From assembly GCF_009914755.1 (NCBI RefSeq), contig NC_060933.1: 64,000 nucleotides of DNA, one strand, 5' to 3'. The position numbers and the translations under genes were made by a program. Source of the stretch: the human T2T-CHM13v2.0 reference genome, Homo sapiens. Below the pieces are notes generated by a model that saw only the letters and a program-made list of their open reading frames with translations, was not told the DNA's origin and ran no database searches. Every line of letters starts with the position of its first letter. The stretch's first letter is position 1. Shown here in pieces: positions 32,321-46,376 of the stretch.

Positions 32321-32714
32321 TGTTATGGGCTGAATTATGTCCCCCTGAAATTCATATGTTCAAGTCCTAACCCCTGGTACCTCAGACTGTGACAGTATTT
32401 GGAGACAGAGTCTTTAAAAAGTAATTAAGTTAAAATGAAGCCATTAGAGTGAGCCTTAATGCAATGTGACTGGTGTCCTTATAAGAAGAAAAGATTAGGA
32501 CACAGACACACACAGAGGGAAGACCAGGTAAAGACATAGGAAGGAGAAGATAGCCATCTATAAACCAACAAGAGAGGCTTCAGAAGAAACTAACCCTGCT
32601 AGCACCTTGATCTGAGACTTCTAGCCTCCAGAATCATGAGAAAATAAATTTCCGTTGTTTAAGCCACCCAGTCTGTGATAGTTTATTATAGCAGCCTTAG
32701 CAAATATATTGACA
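32321..32714 (+). mobile_element. MLT1B-like solo LTR
   Basis: tgttatgggctgaatt...gactggtgtccttataagaaga...tttaagccacccagtctgtg...gaca; TSD ctcat/atcat. Confidence 0.9.
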
Positions 32715-33814
32715 ATCATTCAACTGGATTAAAGTGAATCCTAGATTGCTAGTGCCCCAGGGACCAGGCAGAAACTAATCATGGGAGAGATTTGGTCTCA
32801 AATTATTCCTACAAACAAAATGAAATTATTACAATAAGAGTAAAAGTAATCAAGAGATAAGACAATGCAGATGAAAAGCAGCAGAAATGATAAACAATAG
32901 AAACTGACTTATAGGACCCCCAGTAGTGCAGTGTTAATACCTAGACTTTAAACTAAGTATGCCCAATATATTCAAGGGTGTAAAATGTAAGACTAGAAAT
33001 TTCAGTAGAGAATTGAAAACTAAAAAAATAATCAAATACAAATCTGAAAATGAAAAAATAGCCAAAATTAACAACTTAATAGATGGAATTAACTGCAGAT
33101 TAGAAACAATTGAAGAAAGAATTAGTGATTGAAAGACAGATTAGAAAAAAAAACCCAAAATGAGACACAAGGAGACAAAATGATAGAAAATACAGAAGAA
33201 TGCATAAGCGATATGCAGGACACAGTTAGAAGATCTGATATATGTGGAATTGAACCAACAGGAAGGAAGAAGAATGGTCCAGAATCAATATTTTGAAAGA
33301 AAATGGCTAAAAGTATTCAAACTTTTGTGATGAAAGACATCAAGTCACATTTTCAAGAAGTCCCATGAACTCCAAGCAAGGTAAGTTAAGTGAAATCCAT
33401 ACTTGGAAGTTCTTCTTAAAAATCTTAAAAGCAGCCAGTGAAAAAACATTACTTTTAAAGGAACAAGGCTGATAGCTGAGTTGTCAATAGAAACAATGAA
33501 GCCAGAAAAAAGAGTATCTTTAAAGCCCTGGAAGAAAATTACTGACCTAGATTATTCACCTTATGAAAATATCCTTCAAGAATAAAAGTGAAATGAAGAC
33601 ATCTCCAGATGAACAAGAATGGTGATAACTCATCATTAAAGGAAATTCAAAAGTACATTTCAGACAGAAGGAATATGACCCCAAATGAAAGTTTGGAGAT
33701 GCAGAAATAAATGAAAGACAATAGAAAGGTAATACATAGATAAATAGAAGTAGATGTTGAATGTATAACAATGTCCTTATGGATTTAAAATATGCATAAA
33801 TTAAAATATATACA

Positions 33815-34265
33815 AATAAAAAATAAATCTTGACATTTGCAACAACATAGATGGACTTGCAGGACATTTTGTTAAGTGAAACAAGCCAGACATGGAAAGA
33901 CAAATACCACATGATCTCGTTCATATGTGGAATCTGAAACAAGTTGATCTTATTAGAATAATGGTTACCAGGGGCTGGGGTGGTGGTCAAGGAGGGGGTT
34001 GAGGAAATGATCCAAGGTTACAAAATTTCAATTAGATAGAATAAGTTCAAGAGATATATTGTACAACATGGTGACTATATAATAAACAATGATACATTGT
34101 ATTCTTAAAAAATGCTAAGGTTTAAAATGTTCTCACCACAAAAATGACAACCGTGTGAGGTAATGCATATGTCGCTTGGCTTGGTTTGGCCATTGTGCAG
34201 TGCTTATGTGTTTCAGAATGTCATGCTATATACAATTTAATCTGTCAATCTGAAAATTTAAAAAT
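33815..34265 (+). mobile_element. L1MA/L1MB 3' end
   Basis: gcaacaacatagatggacttgcaggacatt...gacaaataccacatgatctc...aataagttcaagagat...gttctcaccacaaaaatg. Confidence 0.8.
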
Positions 34266-37200
34266 ATAAAAATAACTATACATATATAGAGAGAGCATAT
34301 ATATGTATATGCTGAAAATCAATGCATTAAACATCTACCTTTTGAAAGTAAGAAAAACCCAGTAAATTAAACTCTAAGAAATTAGCAGGATGTAATAATA
34401 AGAACAAAGATTAATAAAATAAAAATTAACAATAAAGAGAATAAAAAGGCCAAAAGTTTTTTTGAAAAGACTACTAAAATAGAGAAACACTTGGAAAGAC
34501 TGATTTTTAAAAAGGAAGATACAAATAACCAATGTCAGGAATGGTAAGTAGGAAGGGACCTCACTATATATTGTACAAATAGTAAAAATGTAGTTAAGAT
34601 GGCATTGTGGACAATATTATGACAATAAAATTGAAATATAAATGCAATGAACATACCAGAAAAATTCACCTTACCAAAAACTGACACAATAAGAAGTAGA
34701 AAATATGAATTTTAAAAATTACTTTCTTTAGGGGGTACTTTGTGTTAGATACAAATTAACTGAAATTATCCCCTTTGTATATGCATGTAGCAGCTCCACA
34801 GAGGGGTTTGTGCTTGTAAAATCAAGTATGGTTCTACATAGAGAAAGATGAAGGTATTCTACCTTACATTTCCTTTCAGTCTACATTTAAGAAACTTTCC
34901 CATTCATGCTGTTCAACCTGTGCATAAAGTGGACATGAAACCTGTCCTGCCCTTCTTTCTGCATAAATACATGCTGATTGTAGACTGGGTTCAGGCAGAG
35001 TTACCAAAACCTTGGCAGGAACGAGGAAGGGGGAATGTTCATCCAAATAAATACTCAAGTGTGTGTCTTATTCTTTCCACTTTCCATAGATTGAAGCTAA
35101 GGCAAAGGAATGACTCTAAGCATCATCACAGAAGGAGATTATGATGATAGTTTGTTTAATGATAAGTAATTTCTGATTACCTATCCGAACACTGTTGGAA
35201 AATATATTTTGCCTGTTTTTGTGCTTTTGTAAGAATATTTCTTATTAAATTAATCACAATGTTGCTGAAACTGAACAGACATTTCACATACTCAATGAAG
35301 TAAACTGTGGATTTCAAAAGTTTACTAAGAAATAGCAAAATAGGCAGAAAGTAATCACAGTCTATAAAATGACACTGGAATTGCTCTACTAATAAACAGC
35401 ATGAGTTATTCTTCCCACAGTATGAAGGAACTACCATGCTTAGATCTTTATTTTAAAACTCAGCTAATAGATATATCAGTAGAAATAATAAAATAATAAA
35501 ACTACTGTGTAATAAGTGAAATAATACAAAATCAACCAAAGCTTGTATTCCTGAGAAATTGGTAAGCTTCTTCTCTTTTCTATGATGTGATCATCTCATG
35601 TTTTGCTTTTTGCTCAAACGTACAGAGAACATAGAGAAAGGTTTGAGACTCATGTTCAGAAATCTGATTAATCCTTGTAGCCAATATATGACTTTCCTGC
35701 TATCTTCTGTGATACTGATGTTCTCTGTTTATTTGTATTTTATTATTTTTTTAAAAAAAATTACAGTAGCTCTATCTTGCTGGAAGGTGCTTCAATGTGA
35801 ATACATCATGTATAAATGTGAAACAACAAAGTAAAAATTGTGACATTATAAGAGAGGTTTTTCAGTAAAATTCAAGTAATTTATTTTATTTATCTAGATT
35901 ATCCATTATATTTTATTGACAAAATTCAATTACTGGCTTCTAGGTTTATACCTATTGCCAAAAAGAAGCTCTCTGTGTATATATGCTAAATTGTTAAGTT
36001 GTAGCCCCTTGTATATAAAGCAAAATTTTCAATGTTTATCAAAATGTATGCAGAAAAAAAATCTGTTCTTTTTCTTCACGTAATAACAATGTCTTCTCAG
36101 CAACAATTCCTATAGTCCATAGTGCAATGATCCAAGCCTTCAAGGAGAGGCAGTGAGAAATGAGCCCCTCATTAAATGTTGCCTGTTGGGCTAGTTAGTT
36201 CACCTTGAATACACATGACTGGTGGCCAGCAAGGAATTGTCTGTTAATTTAATTTTTTATTTGCAGACATTTATACATGTTGCCCATTTTATGATAGCTC
36301 ATCTAGATACCAATCACTCAAGTGGACTAACTCTTAAGACTGACAGAGGGTATGAGTAAATGCACATGGAAATCGACAAGTGAACAGGCTGACAAATTCA
36401 GAACTGCAAACACACAGCTTCCATTTACTCAACTGGAGCCATGTTTACAGATCAGAGCTCAGATATACATAAGACTCCTTTGGAAAATGTCATTAAGCAT
36501 TTGCCTCTCCATTCCTAAAAAGATCTTGTTTATTCAGTGGTAAAGGGAAATATGTCAACTATAATAAAAATGGTTATAGCCTCATTTTTCAGCTGAATTT
36601 CCCACTATGGAAAGGGCTTAATTATTAGCAAAAAGCTCTGCTACCCAGGAGCTTTCCTCCTGTCCAATGTGACATTACTCACTCTCCACCCACAGCCCAA
36701 TGGAAAATTATAATGAGCAAAGCTGGGGAAGGCAGCAGTGTAACTAAATTCTGCAAAACAATCCTCTTGAGTTGATTGCCTCACCCTTTCCTCTTTAGCA
36801 ATATGCAAAACCATGAAACCAACCCACCACAGATGATATTTGTGAGGTCTATCACTCGGTGAGTTGGGTGCTATGAAATGTGTGTTACAGGAATAGTCCA
36901 CGTTTGAATAGGGCTTAACTTCTTTAATAATAACAATAATAATGGAATATACCATTTGCCAAACAGTATGCTAGGTGTCAAACATAGAATATCATTGAAT
37001 CCTTTAAACTACCTTACAAAGAGTGCATTATTTTAATCACCATTTTACAAGCTAGGTGATTTGCAGTTAAGTCTATGTTTCCTAGCACAACTCTCTTTCC
37101 ATTCACCTACAGGACTCTCCTATTGAGTTTGCTGCATGGTTTTACCTGTGTGATGCTGTCGGTGAGATCTAGTCTGGTGAGTGTGTGTGTGTGTGTTTGG

Positions 37201-39531
37201 TGTCTTCTATGCTGTTTGAGCTGCATAGGAAAGCCTTCACCCCTCATTTGCCATACTGCCCCTGGTTCACAAGAAATTGTGCCCTACCACATCACAGCTC
37301 TTTTCCTAAGGATCCTGATGCACTTCATGGTTTTCTTGTGACTACAGCATAATTCAGTCATCCACAGGCCTTAGGATGTGCCATTGTGTAGAATATGACC
37401 CTCATGAAAACAAGAAATCTCTGAAGAGTGTCAGAGAAACTCTACATCAGAAGATGCACACTGGCTGACTGTGATTTAAATCTTGCTTGTAGATGTATTT
37501 CCTTGACCAACACAGGGGTTCTTTGTCTGCGTTTTGGGAAACAAAAATATTCAACTTTTACAAAAAAATCAAAGATTTCGTGTAAAACCTGACTTGCACC
37601 TTTTCTTGAAAAACCAAGAGCTGATAACACTGTGTCCTTTTTCTGCATGACAACTGTATCTTCCTTTAAAAGGGCATACACTCTGGTCTACTACAGGACC
37701 TTTCTCCCATAAGTCTGTATTTGCATCTATACCTAGCATTGCTCGATGATTCTCATTGCCCACTGGGCAGGCATTGTGAGTTTGCTGATTCCTGCTTTGC
37801 TTGAATCATGACTCCCATCATCTGAAGCACTGTTAGCAAGGCATCTGTTGACAGCCAATTTGCCAAGACTGCCTTTTTCTGTTCTCAGTGTGTGGTGATG
37901 CCATGTGTGACTTTTTTTTTTTTTTTTTTTGGTCCTCTTTGGCTATGTTGAGTACTTCCATTACCCACAACTAGCAAAACCCAATTCCACTTAACAGTCA
38001 AGAGAATGCAGCTAACCACTCCCTGAAGCTTCTTCACCCCCAAACTTCCTTAGAGTGTATATGGAGGAGCTTAATGGAATGGTGAGAATCTCTAAAGATA
38101 CCCAGGAAGTGTGATTCCTGCTTCAGAACCTTGAGGGCACTGGTTTCACTGAAATGAAGACTCACTTCCTATTTATTTTTCCTACTCAGTTGCAAACCAT
38201 CTGGTAAATCTTAATTCTTTCTCCCAAACTGAGGAGAATGACCCGAAGTGGAGAGAGTAAGGAACTGTCAATTTATCCTGCAACATTTCAATGCTGTGTT
38301 TAGTGATAGCTCCCTTGCATTTCAATTCAACCCATATTCATCAAGCGCCTTCTATGTGTAAAGGACTATGCCCTGCAGAGTGGCTGCGGATCACACCCCA
38401 TGTTTTTAAAGCACTTTGATATACATTATTTTATGTAATCCATATATTAATCCAATGAGATGGGTCTTCATTATGCCCATTTTACAGATAGTGGTCCCTA
38501 GGCTGAGAAGGATCTTATCCAATATCATTGTGAGAAATAAATAAAGAGCAAAACCAAGGTTTGAACTCAAGGTTTGGGGCTCTATTTCAGTACAGTACCT
38601 AGAGTTTTAATACTATCTTAGACCATATTAGTTTAGAGGAAATGGTCTCATTGACAGAAGAAAAAAATGATTCTCTAGCTTCTTCCAGTTTTCTACGGTA
38701 TATGAGATGGAAACACAAGTATTGATGAAAAGATCCTCTCTTCTACCAGCTATATTCTGTTCTTTAATTTGTATTTGGGTTTAATTTATTTAATTTTCTA
38801 TTTTCTAGTTCTGGCTGCTGGTAAGAGGAAACTACTAATCTAGAAAAGGGAGCCTCAACATTGTAACTGCCGCTGCAGCACACCATTATTAGCATAGATC
38901 CTAATATTTGGGATGAAGCAAATACACGGAGCCAGCATTGCAGGTGCCATGGAAGTTTCACTGCCCTCAATATTGCTGACACTCATTACCATGGGCATGC
39001 AGCAGTACAGTTGCTGCTAGTTATCCCTGCCAGTCATGGACAGTGTGGGGACACTGGTAACACTGATTGCCAAAGCAGGGCTGTGCTCCCTGGTGCTCTG
39101 TATACACCCATGATGTGCTATTCTTTGGGAGTGCGCACAGAGATAAGGTGATTTGGTTTGGTGGAAGTGGTGATGGGATACTCCACAGCCAAGAGTTCTT
39201 CTCTATGAGACCTACAAGAGGCAAGAAACAGTGGTGAGAGTCCTTCTGCTTCTCTATGTCCTGGCCAGTACAATTCACATTCACTTAGAATCAGGCACTC
39301 CTGTGGACTAGCAGAAGGCAGCAGTAACATTTTTCCTGAAATGAAACATCTCCTAGGAGTTAGGCATTTACTGTCTTATTTTATGCTCTAATTCTAATAT
39401 GGAAGCACAGCTATTTATATGCCATTAATTTATTCATTTAACAAACATAAGTGAAGTACTTATTGTGTACCAGGTAAGAGACATAACTCCTATTTTCAAT
39501 TTGTTCACAGGCTATAAAAGGAATCACATAT

Positions 39532-39910
39532 TGTCTTAGTCTGTTTGTGCTGCTGTAACAAAATACTTGAAACTGGATAATTTGTAAAGTACAGAAATTT
39601 ATTTTCTCACAGTTCTGGAAGCTGGGAAATCCAAGATAAAGGTGCCGGCACCTGGTGAGAATTTTCTTGTTGGGTCCTCACATGGTGAAGGCAGAAGGGC
39701 AAAAAGGGGAGGAATGCTATATTCTCAAATGGTGGGAGGGTAGAGGAGAATGAACCCACTCTCAAGCCCTTTTATAAGATCCTTAAACTTATCCATGAGG
39801 GCTCCATTTTCATGACTTACTAAACACCCTACCTCTTAATATTATCACAACGGTGATGAAAAGTTTCACCGTGAATTTTGGTGGGGATGAAAATAGTCAA
39901 ACCACAGCCA
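39532..39910 (-). mobile_element. MSTD/MLT1A-like MaLR LTR inserted in an L2 (L2 spans ~39425-40310)
   Basis: tgtcttagtctgtttgtgctgctgtaacaaaatac...ctcacagttctggaagctgggaa...gaattttggtgggg. Confidence 0.8.
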
Positions 39911-42689
39911 TTTATAAATATGTAGTTACAATACAGTATGAGAGGTTCTAGGATACAGGTACTCAGATGGTTGTGAGAACACTGAGTAGGGGTATTTTAT
40001 TTCCCCTCCTCTATTTTGGGGGATTCAGAAACATTTTCTGAATGAGGGTATATCTGAGCTGACACCTGAAGGACAGAAAAGACTTAAGCAGACATGACGG
40101 GGTAAGTCACAGCAGCATGTAAGAGGTGCTGATAGAAGAAAACTTGGCACATTTGGAATGGCTTGGAGGTGACAAGATTTGGGTGGGTTGTGAATGGTGA
40201 AGTTTGGGGCAGATATATCCTTGGTCAAGATCATGAAGGACCTTGAGCATCAGCCTGGGAAAACCCTTGAAAAGTTAAGCCAGTGAGTGACATGATCACA
40301 TTTTAGATCCCTTCTAGATGCAGAATAAAAGATGAACCTGCCGAGGAGGACAAATCAAGAACACTTCCTCTTTCTCTGGGAAGTTGACGCTTATGAACTG
40401 GACAACTTTGGGAGGTGTGGGGAAGGACAGAATACCAACAAAGCCAGTCACATCGGTCTGGCAAGCAGAGGGGTGACAGCTGTTCCAGGCATTCTTGCTG
40501 ACAACCCCCGCAGTGCAGGAGCCCTTGGGATGAGAGGCAGCTTCAGTCTGCCTGAGTGCCATGGGATACCTTACCAACCATGCAAAGCTGTGATTTGGCA
40601 CATGTATCCACCAGGCCTGGGAGGAGCAATGCCACTGTCAACTTCAGGAGCCTAGAAAAGCTGACAGTAAAGAGAACTCAGACCAGCCTTAGCTGGATAT
40701 TGACAGCAGCAGTGGTTATAGAGTTGGGCTGGGCCTGAGGCCAAATGAGTTGGCAGGGTCTCCCTGGCCTCTGCCTTGCCCCACTCAGCTCCATCTGTCT
40801 AATGGTGGGTGTCAGCCTTGAAAAGTGCCAGCCATCGATTCTGGCAATTCAGGAAAGGAGAAGAGGACACATAAGATATATGCTTATAAGTGAAAGACTG
40901 CTAAAATGTCCTGGGCTAGAAACCAGTCACAGTGTGGCCATAGGGATCCTTTACACACTGTCCTCGTCCTTTGCCTGCTTTCCCTTTTGTTTACCATTTT
41001 TATTCTTACAGAGATGCCCAAATGAATGTGTCGATAAAGACATTTTCAATGGGGCCAGAGAAAGAAAATCTAATTCAAAATGCCTTAAGCAAAAAACGAA
41101 TTAACTGTTCAAGTAACTGAAAAGTCCACTGATATTTTAGGGCATAGTAGGATTAGGGATTCAAAATTGTGTTAAAGTTTCTCTTCTGTCATTCCCAGCC
41201 TTACAGCATTTTAACTGCTTAGCATCCTAGTATAAAAGAGGCTTTTTTTTCCCATTGGAACAAAAGTTCTGAATTTTAATCTAATTTTCCTGTTTTGGAA
41301 AATGACTAGAGCAATGGGAAACTCTGGTTAACTAGGCTGGAATTCTATGCACATGCTTGCAGCGGGGAGGGGTTTTTCAATCCCACTCAAAACAAATGGA
41401 TTAGTTGTTGGAGAATGGTGCTTTCTTAGAGGAAATGAGGAAATATGGATAGCATTACTGGCCAAAAGGGGAAAATTACAAACCAAAACAACAGACACTT
41501 CACTTTATTGAATCTTTGGCTTACCAAGTTATGTGTACTAAAGGTGATTAATTCCGATGAAGGTTATCTGTTGATGATGATAGTATAATTGGTAATTAAT
41601 GATGATTAATTATGATTGGTATTTTATGAAGAGATTTGTATAGTTTGGTATATTGTTGAGTAATTTTCCTGAGACAGTTTTCCTAGTTAGAAGAGTGGTT
41701 TAGACACTTTGCTAAGTTAATGTATCATTTACCATTAAAAGTGCTGTGGAATTATCCAAGGGCTAGGATCCATGGTCTTAAAACATTTCAGTTAAATGAC
41801 TTAAAATCATAACTCATATCTATATCAAAGTTAGGTGGTTAACATAAAATATTCATGTGACTATAGTATATTATTCCAGCAACACCTTAAGATTGTTTCT
41901 AGCTAAGTCCCGGAGGCTTTTCCTTTATACTTTTCATGAAATTGTTATTTTAACAAATACATTTGTAAATTGAAAATAACATAAATATACAAAGTCACAA
42001 TATTAGGCATGATTTGTTCAGAGCACTGTCTGGAGGTCCTGACCTCAATTTCATTGATTATGTTGGCACAAACAATACCTATTTGTTAAATAAAAGAAGA
42101 ATGAATGAATGACTATCATAGTCTAATTCCTATAGGAAAGTTAAAAAATATATATATATAGGTACCAAAATCCATTTGTAGATCCTTATCACCCCAGCTT
42201 GGGATGATACTTGGGATGTTAGCCTTGAGAAAAGAAAGAAAAAAAATCATGAAACATTTTGAAAAAAGAATTGTCCTGTCAGAGTGACAAAATATGATAA
42301 CTGGTTATAATAAGAGGCCAAAGATGACCTCAAGTTTTTAAGATGGGAACTTAAATGTTGTTTTGTTGGGTGGGAAACATGAATGTTGTTGCTGATGATA
42401 GCTTCTGTTTACTAAGTGTCAATTTCTTGTCAGACATCTTTTGTGTTATCTTATTTCTCATGATTTAGTAAGATAAATTACTTTCCATATTTTATATATG
42501 AGAAAACAGGCTTAGAGTATCTTGCCTATGGGCATGTAGCTAAAACATTCCCTGACAGAGCTGGAATTCAACCCAATGTCAGCCTAATATCCTGTTTTTA
42601 CTAGATTATGGGTATCATCAATATAATTCTTTTTGAGAGGGAAAGCTTGCTGGGAGGGAGCAATTGAAGGAGTGAACTACATTTATTTT

Positions 42690-44205
42690 TCTAATTTTAA
42701 AAATTGTGGTGAAATACATGCAACATAAAATTTACCATTTTAACCATTTTTAAGTGCAGCCATCACCATCATCCATCTTAAGAACATTTTTCATCTTCCA
42801 AAACTGAAACTCTACCCATAAGTAATAACTCCCTACTCCCTGCTACCTGCAGCCTCTGGTAACCACCATTCTACTTTCTGTTTATATGAATTTGATTATT
42901 CTAGGTACCTTACATAGGTAGAATCATACAGTATTTGTACTTTTGTGACTGGCTTAATTCTCATAGTATTCAAGGTTTATAGCATGCATCAGATTCTCCT
43001 TCCGTTTAAAGGCTGAATAATATTCCATTGTATGTATATGTATATGCTACATTTTATTTATCCATTCATCTGTCAATGGACACTTGGATTTCTTTTACAT
43101 TTTGGCTATTGTGAATCCAAGTCCCTGTTTTCATTTTTAGGGGTATATACCCAAAAATGGAATTGCTGGAACTTATGGTAATTCTATGTTTAATTCTTTG
43201 AAAAATGATCATAGTGACTGCACCATTTTATATTCCCACCATTGGACCAAGGGTCCCAGTTTCTACAAATCCTTGTCAACACTTATTTCCTGTTTTTTGT
43301 TTTGTTTTGTTTTGTTTTTTTAAATAAAAGCTATCCTAATGGGAGTGAAGTGGTATTTCATTGTGGTTTTGATTTGCTTAGTGATTTTGAACATTTTTTT
43401 ATGGTGAAAAATTGGCCATTCGTATATCTTCTTTGGAAAAATGTCTATTCAACTCCTTTGCCCATTTTTTAATTGGGTTGGTTTTTTTCCTGTTGTTGAG
43501 TTGCAGTTCTTTATACAGTCTGGATATTAATACCTTATCAGACATATGAGATATATGGTTTGCAAGTATTTCCTCCCATTCCATGGGTTGCCTTTTTACT
43601 CTGTTGATAGTGTCCCTTGAAGGTTTTAGTTTTGATGTAGTCTAATTTATCTGTCTCTTCTTTTGTTGCCTGTGCTTTTGGTGTCATATCTAAGAAATCA
43701 TTGCCAAATCCAATATCATGAAGCTTTTCCACTCAGTTTTCTTCTAAGAGTTTTGTAGTTTTTGCTTGTGTTTAGGTTTTTGATCCATTTTGAGTTGATC
43801 TGTGTATATGGTGTGAGTGTCTAACTTCATTATTGTGCCTGTTGGCCACAATATTTGTTGAAAAAACTGTCTTTTCCCCCGTTGAATGGTCTTGGCAACT
43901 TTGTCAAAAGTAATTTTGACCATATATGTGAGGGTTTATTTCTGGGTCCTCTATTCCAATAGTCTACATGTCTGTCTTTAGGCCACTACTACCCTATTTT
44001 GTTTAGCTTTGTAGTAAGTTTTGAAATCAGGGAGTTTGGGACCTCCAATTTTTTTTTTTCTAAATTGTCTCTTTTTCTAATTGTCTCGGTTATTTGGGTT
44101 CCCTCAAATAACCTTGAGATTTCATATGAATTTTAAAATGGATTTTTCTATTTCTGCAAAAAAGATGTTGGAATTTTGATAGGGATTGCATTGAATTTGT
44201 AACTC
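42690..44205 (-). mobile_element. L1MB 3' fragment
   Basis: aacataaaatttaccattttaaccatttttaagtg 3' end; ORF2 peptides on the - strand ([36 protein letters not shown]). Confidence 0.88.
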
Positions 44206-44813
44206 AGAGTGAAATTTGAGTGAAATTTTTAGATAAGCTGAATTTCATAACTTGGGCTGAATGTGGAAAAATGCTCAGACAGCAGCTCAACTTGTGTGAA
44301 TTCAACTCAGAAGTGTTGCTCCTATACTGGGGCCTGTATAAGAATATATTTGTTTTATTGAGGTTGAGTTTATCTTTAGAGGCAGTTTTCCTAAGGTGCT
44401 AGTTATAATTAGAATATATTTACCTGCCCCATTTTAATAGGAGTATCATGCTCACACTATTGTTTTTATTTTCCTTTACAATATTCCTCTCACTGAACTT
44501 TTAGGGCTACAAAAGTTGGTTTTAGGTTAAAAATAGTATAGTTGCCCTTGCTTCCACTATTCCATGTGGAAAACACAGCCAATTGCCTTACAAAAAGGAA
44601 AAAAATAATTTTCCGAATACATTCTTAAGATAGTGTGAAAGCCACACTCGCTGATGAAGAGCCCCTAAACTGACAACAGACTAAGATTTCCTGCACAGAT
44701 TTCATGGTTCTTATTATTTTCCTACAGGCAGGACAGAAAGAAAGATTGAAGTTCCTTCTACTGAATACATTACTGATGCCAGAGGTGAAGTGTGGAAAAT
44801 GAAGAATTAGACT

Positions 44814-45023
44814 CAGGGTTGGCAATCTATAGCTTGTTGGCCAAATCCAGTCCACCACCTGTTGTTGTTGTTTTTTTTTAATACATTGGAACACAGCCAT
44901 TCTCATTCTTTTATTCATTGTCCATGCCTGTAGAGCAGAGTAGTTGTGACAGAGGCCATATGGCCCACAAAGCCTAAAATATATACAATCTGGTGCTTTG
45001 CAGAATAAGTTTATTGACCCCTG
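44814..45023. mobile_element. MER58A hAT-Charlie DNA transposon
   Basis: TIRs cagggttggcaa / ttattgacccctg; ggccatatggcccacaaagcctaaaatat. Confidence 0.85.
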
Positions 45024-45052
45024 GACTAGACTATTAAAAAGTGAGGATTGAG

Positions 45053-45356
45053 GGCTGGGTGTGGTGGCTCACCCCTGCAATCTCAGTATTTTGGGAGGCT
45101 GAAGCGGGTGGATAGCTTGAGGCCACGAGTTCAAGACTAGCCTGGCCAACGTGGCGAATCCCTGTCTCTACTAAAAATACAAAAATTAGCCTGGTGTGGT
45201 CACGCATGCCTGTAATCCAAGCTTCTCAGGAGGCTGAGGCACAAGAATTGAACCTAGGAAGGGGAGGTTGCAGTGAGCTGAGATCCTTCCACTGTACTCC
45301 AGTCTGAGTGACAGAGCAAGACTCTGTTTCAAAAAAAAAAAAAAAAAAAAAAAAAA
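45053..45356 (+). mobile_element. AluS (Sz/Sx-like), full length
   Basis: Dimer and poly(A); degenerate TSD aaaaagtgaggattgag / aaaaaaggatgattgag. Confidence 0.95.
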
Positions 45357-46294
45357 GGATGATTGAGTAATTTAGTTCAGTTCTCTCATTTTAAAGATAA
45401 TAAAAATAAAGACATATGATTTATCAACCACTGGGAGTGAATGGTTCCATGTTGGCAGCATGGAACAGACTGAGAAAAAGAGATAGATGGGCTTTTGCAA
45501 ACCTATCTCTCCTGGATTAGGGCAGAGTCCACAGAAGGGAAAATCTAGCAGTAGAATATCTACAAAATGTAAAGTCCAAGAGAGGTTGAATCACAATTCT
45601 CACATTTCCCAATGAGGCTTCTGAGAGGGATAACTGGGATGGCACCACGAGGTGGAATCAAACAGTGGTGGAATCAGTGATAGGTATCTGGGTCCTACTT
45701 GGGCAGACATGGAAAACTAGGTGGGAGTGGAGCTCCTAGTGTTGCTGGAGCAACACATGTGCATAGATCCTGGGGGCTGGGCCATATGAGGCATTAACCC
45801 AGGTTATAAACCACGGTATATGAAGAAACCTAGAAATCAGAGCATATGAAATAGCAACAAGCATTAGGTCCAAGGTGGGTGAGATGAGTCCATAAATAAC
45901 AAAGAGATTCTTGAGATCTGTATCAGTCAGGGTCCCAGCAAGAAACATAAATCACCCTAAAATTAAGATAAAATTAAGATAATCTGAGGAGAGTACCAGG
46001 GTTGGTCTGTATGATTGAAAAAATGTGGCAGAAGTGATGGCCTGTTACTTCTGAGATTAGGCTATAAAAGACTGCAGCTTCTATTTTGGGATCTCTCTTT
46101 CTCTGATGATCATTCTTAATAAACTCCTTTATTAGGTGCATGAATTAATGAAAGATAAAAGATAAACAGGATGCCGATCCCCTGGTCCTCTCATCCTACT
46201 TTCCCTGTCTCAGAGTAGTTTTGATCAGAGATGAGACTGTTCATAGTTAAGCCTTCCTCCACCCCACAAACTCCTCATCACCCAAATTCCCATC

Positions 46295-46376
46295 CATGAA
46301 GACAGAACCAACTTCTTACTAGACCCTTACATGAAAACAGAACCAGCTTCTTACTAGACCCTTTCATTCAAGACAG
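46295..46376. repeat. 35-bp tandem duplication (~2.3 copies)
   Basis: acagaacca(a/g)cttcttactagaccctt at 46302 and 46337. Confidence 0.85.

Larger units (their letters stand above)
31900..34720 (+). mobile_element. Ancient L1M 5' half (5' end, ORF1, start of ORF2)
   Basis: ORF1-like gaagaaagaattagtga, aaaatcttaaaagcagccag, aaaatatccttcaagaataaaagtgaaat; ORF2-like ttttttgaaaagact. Confidence 0.65.
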
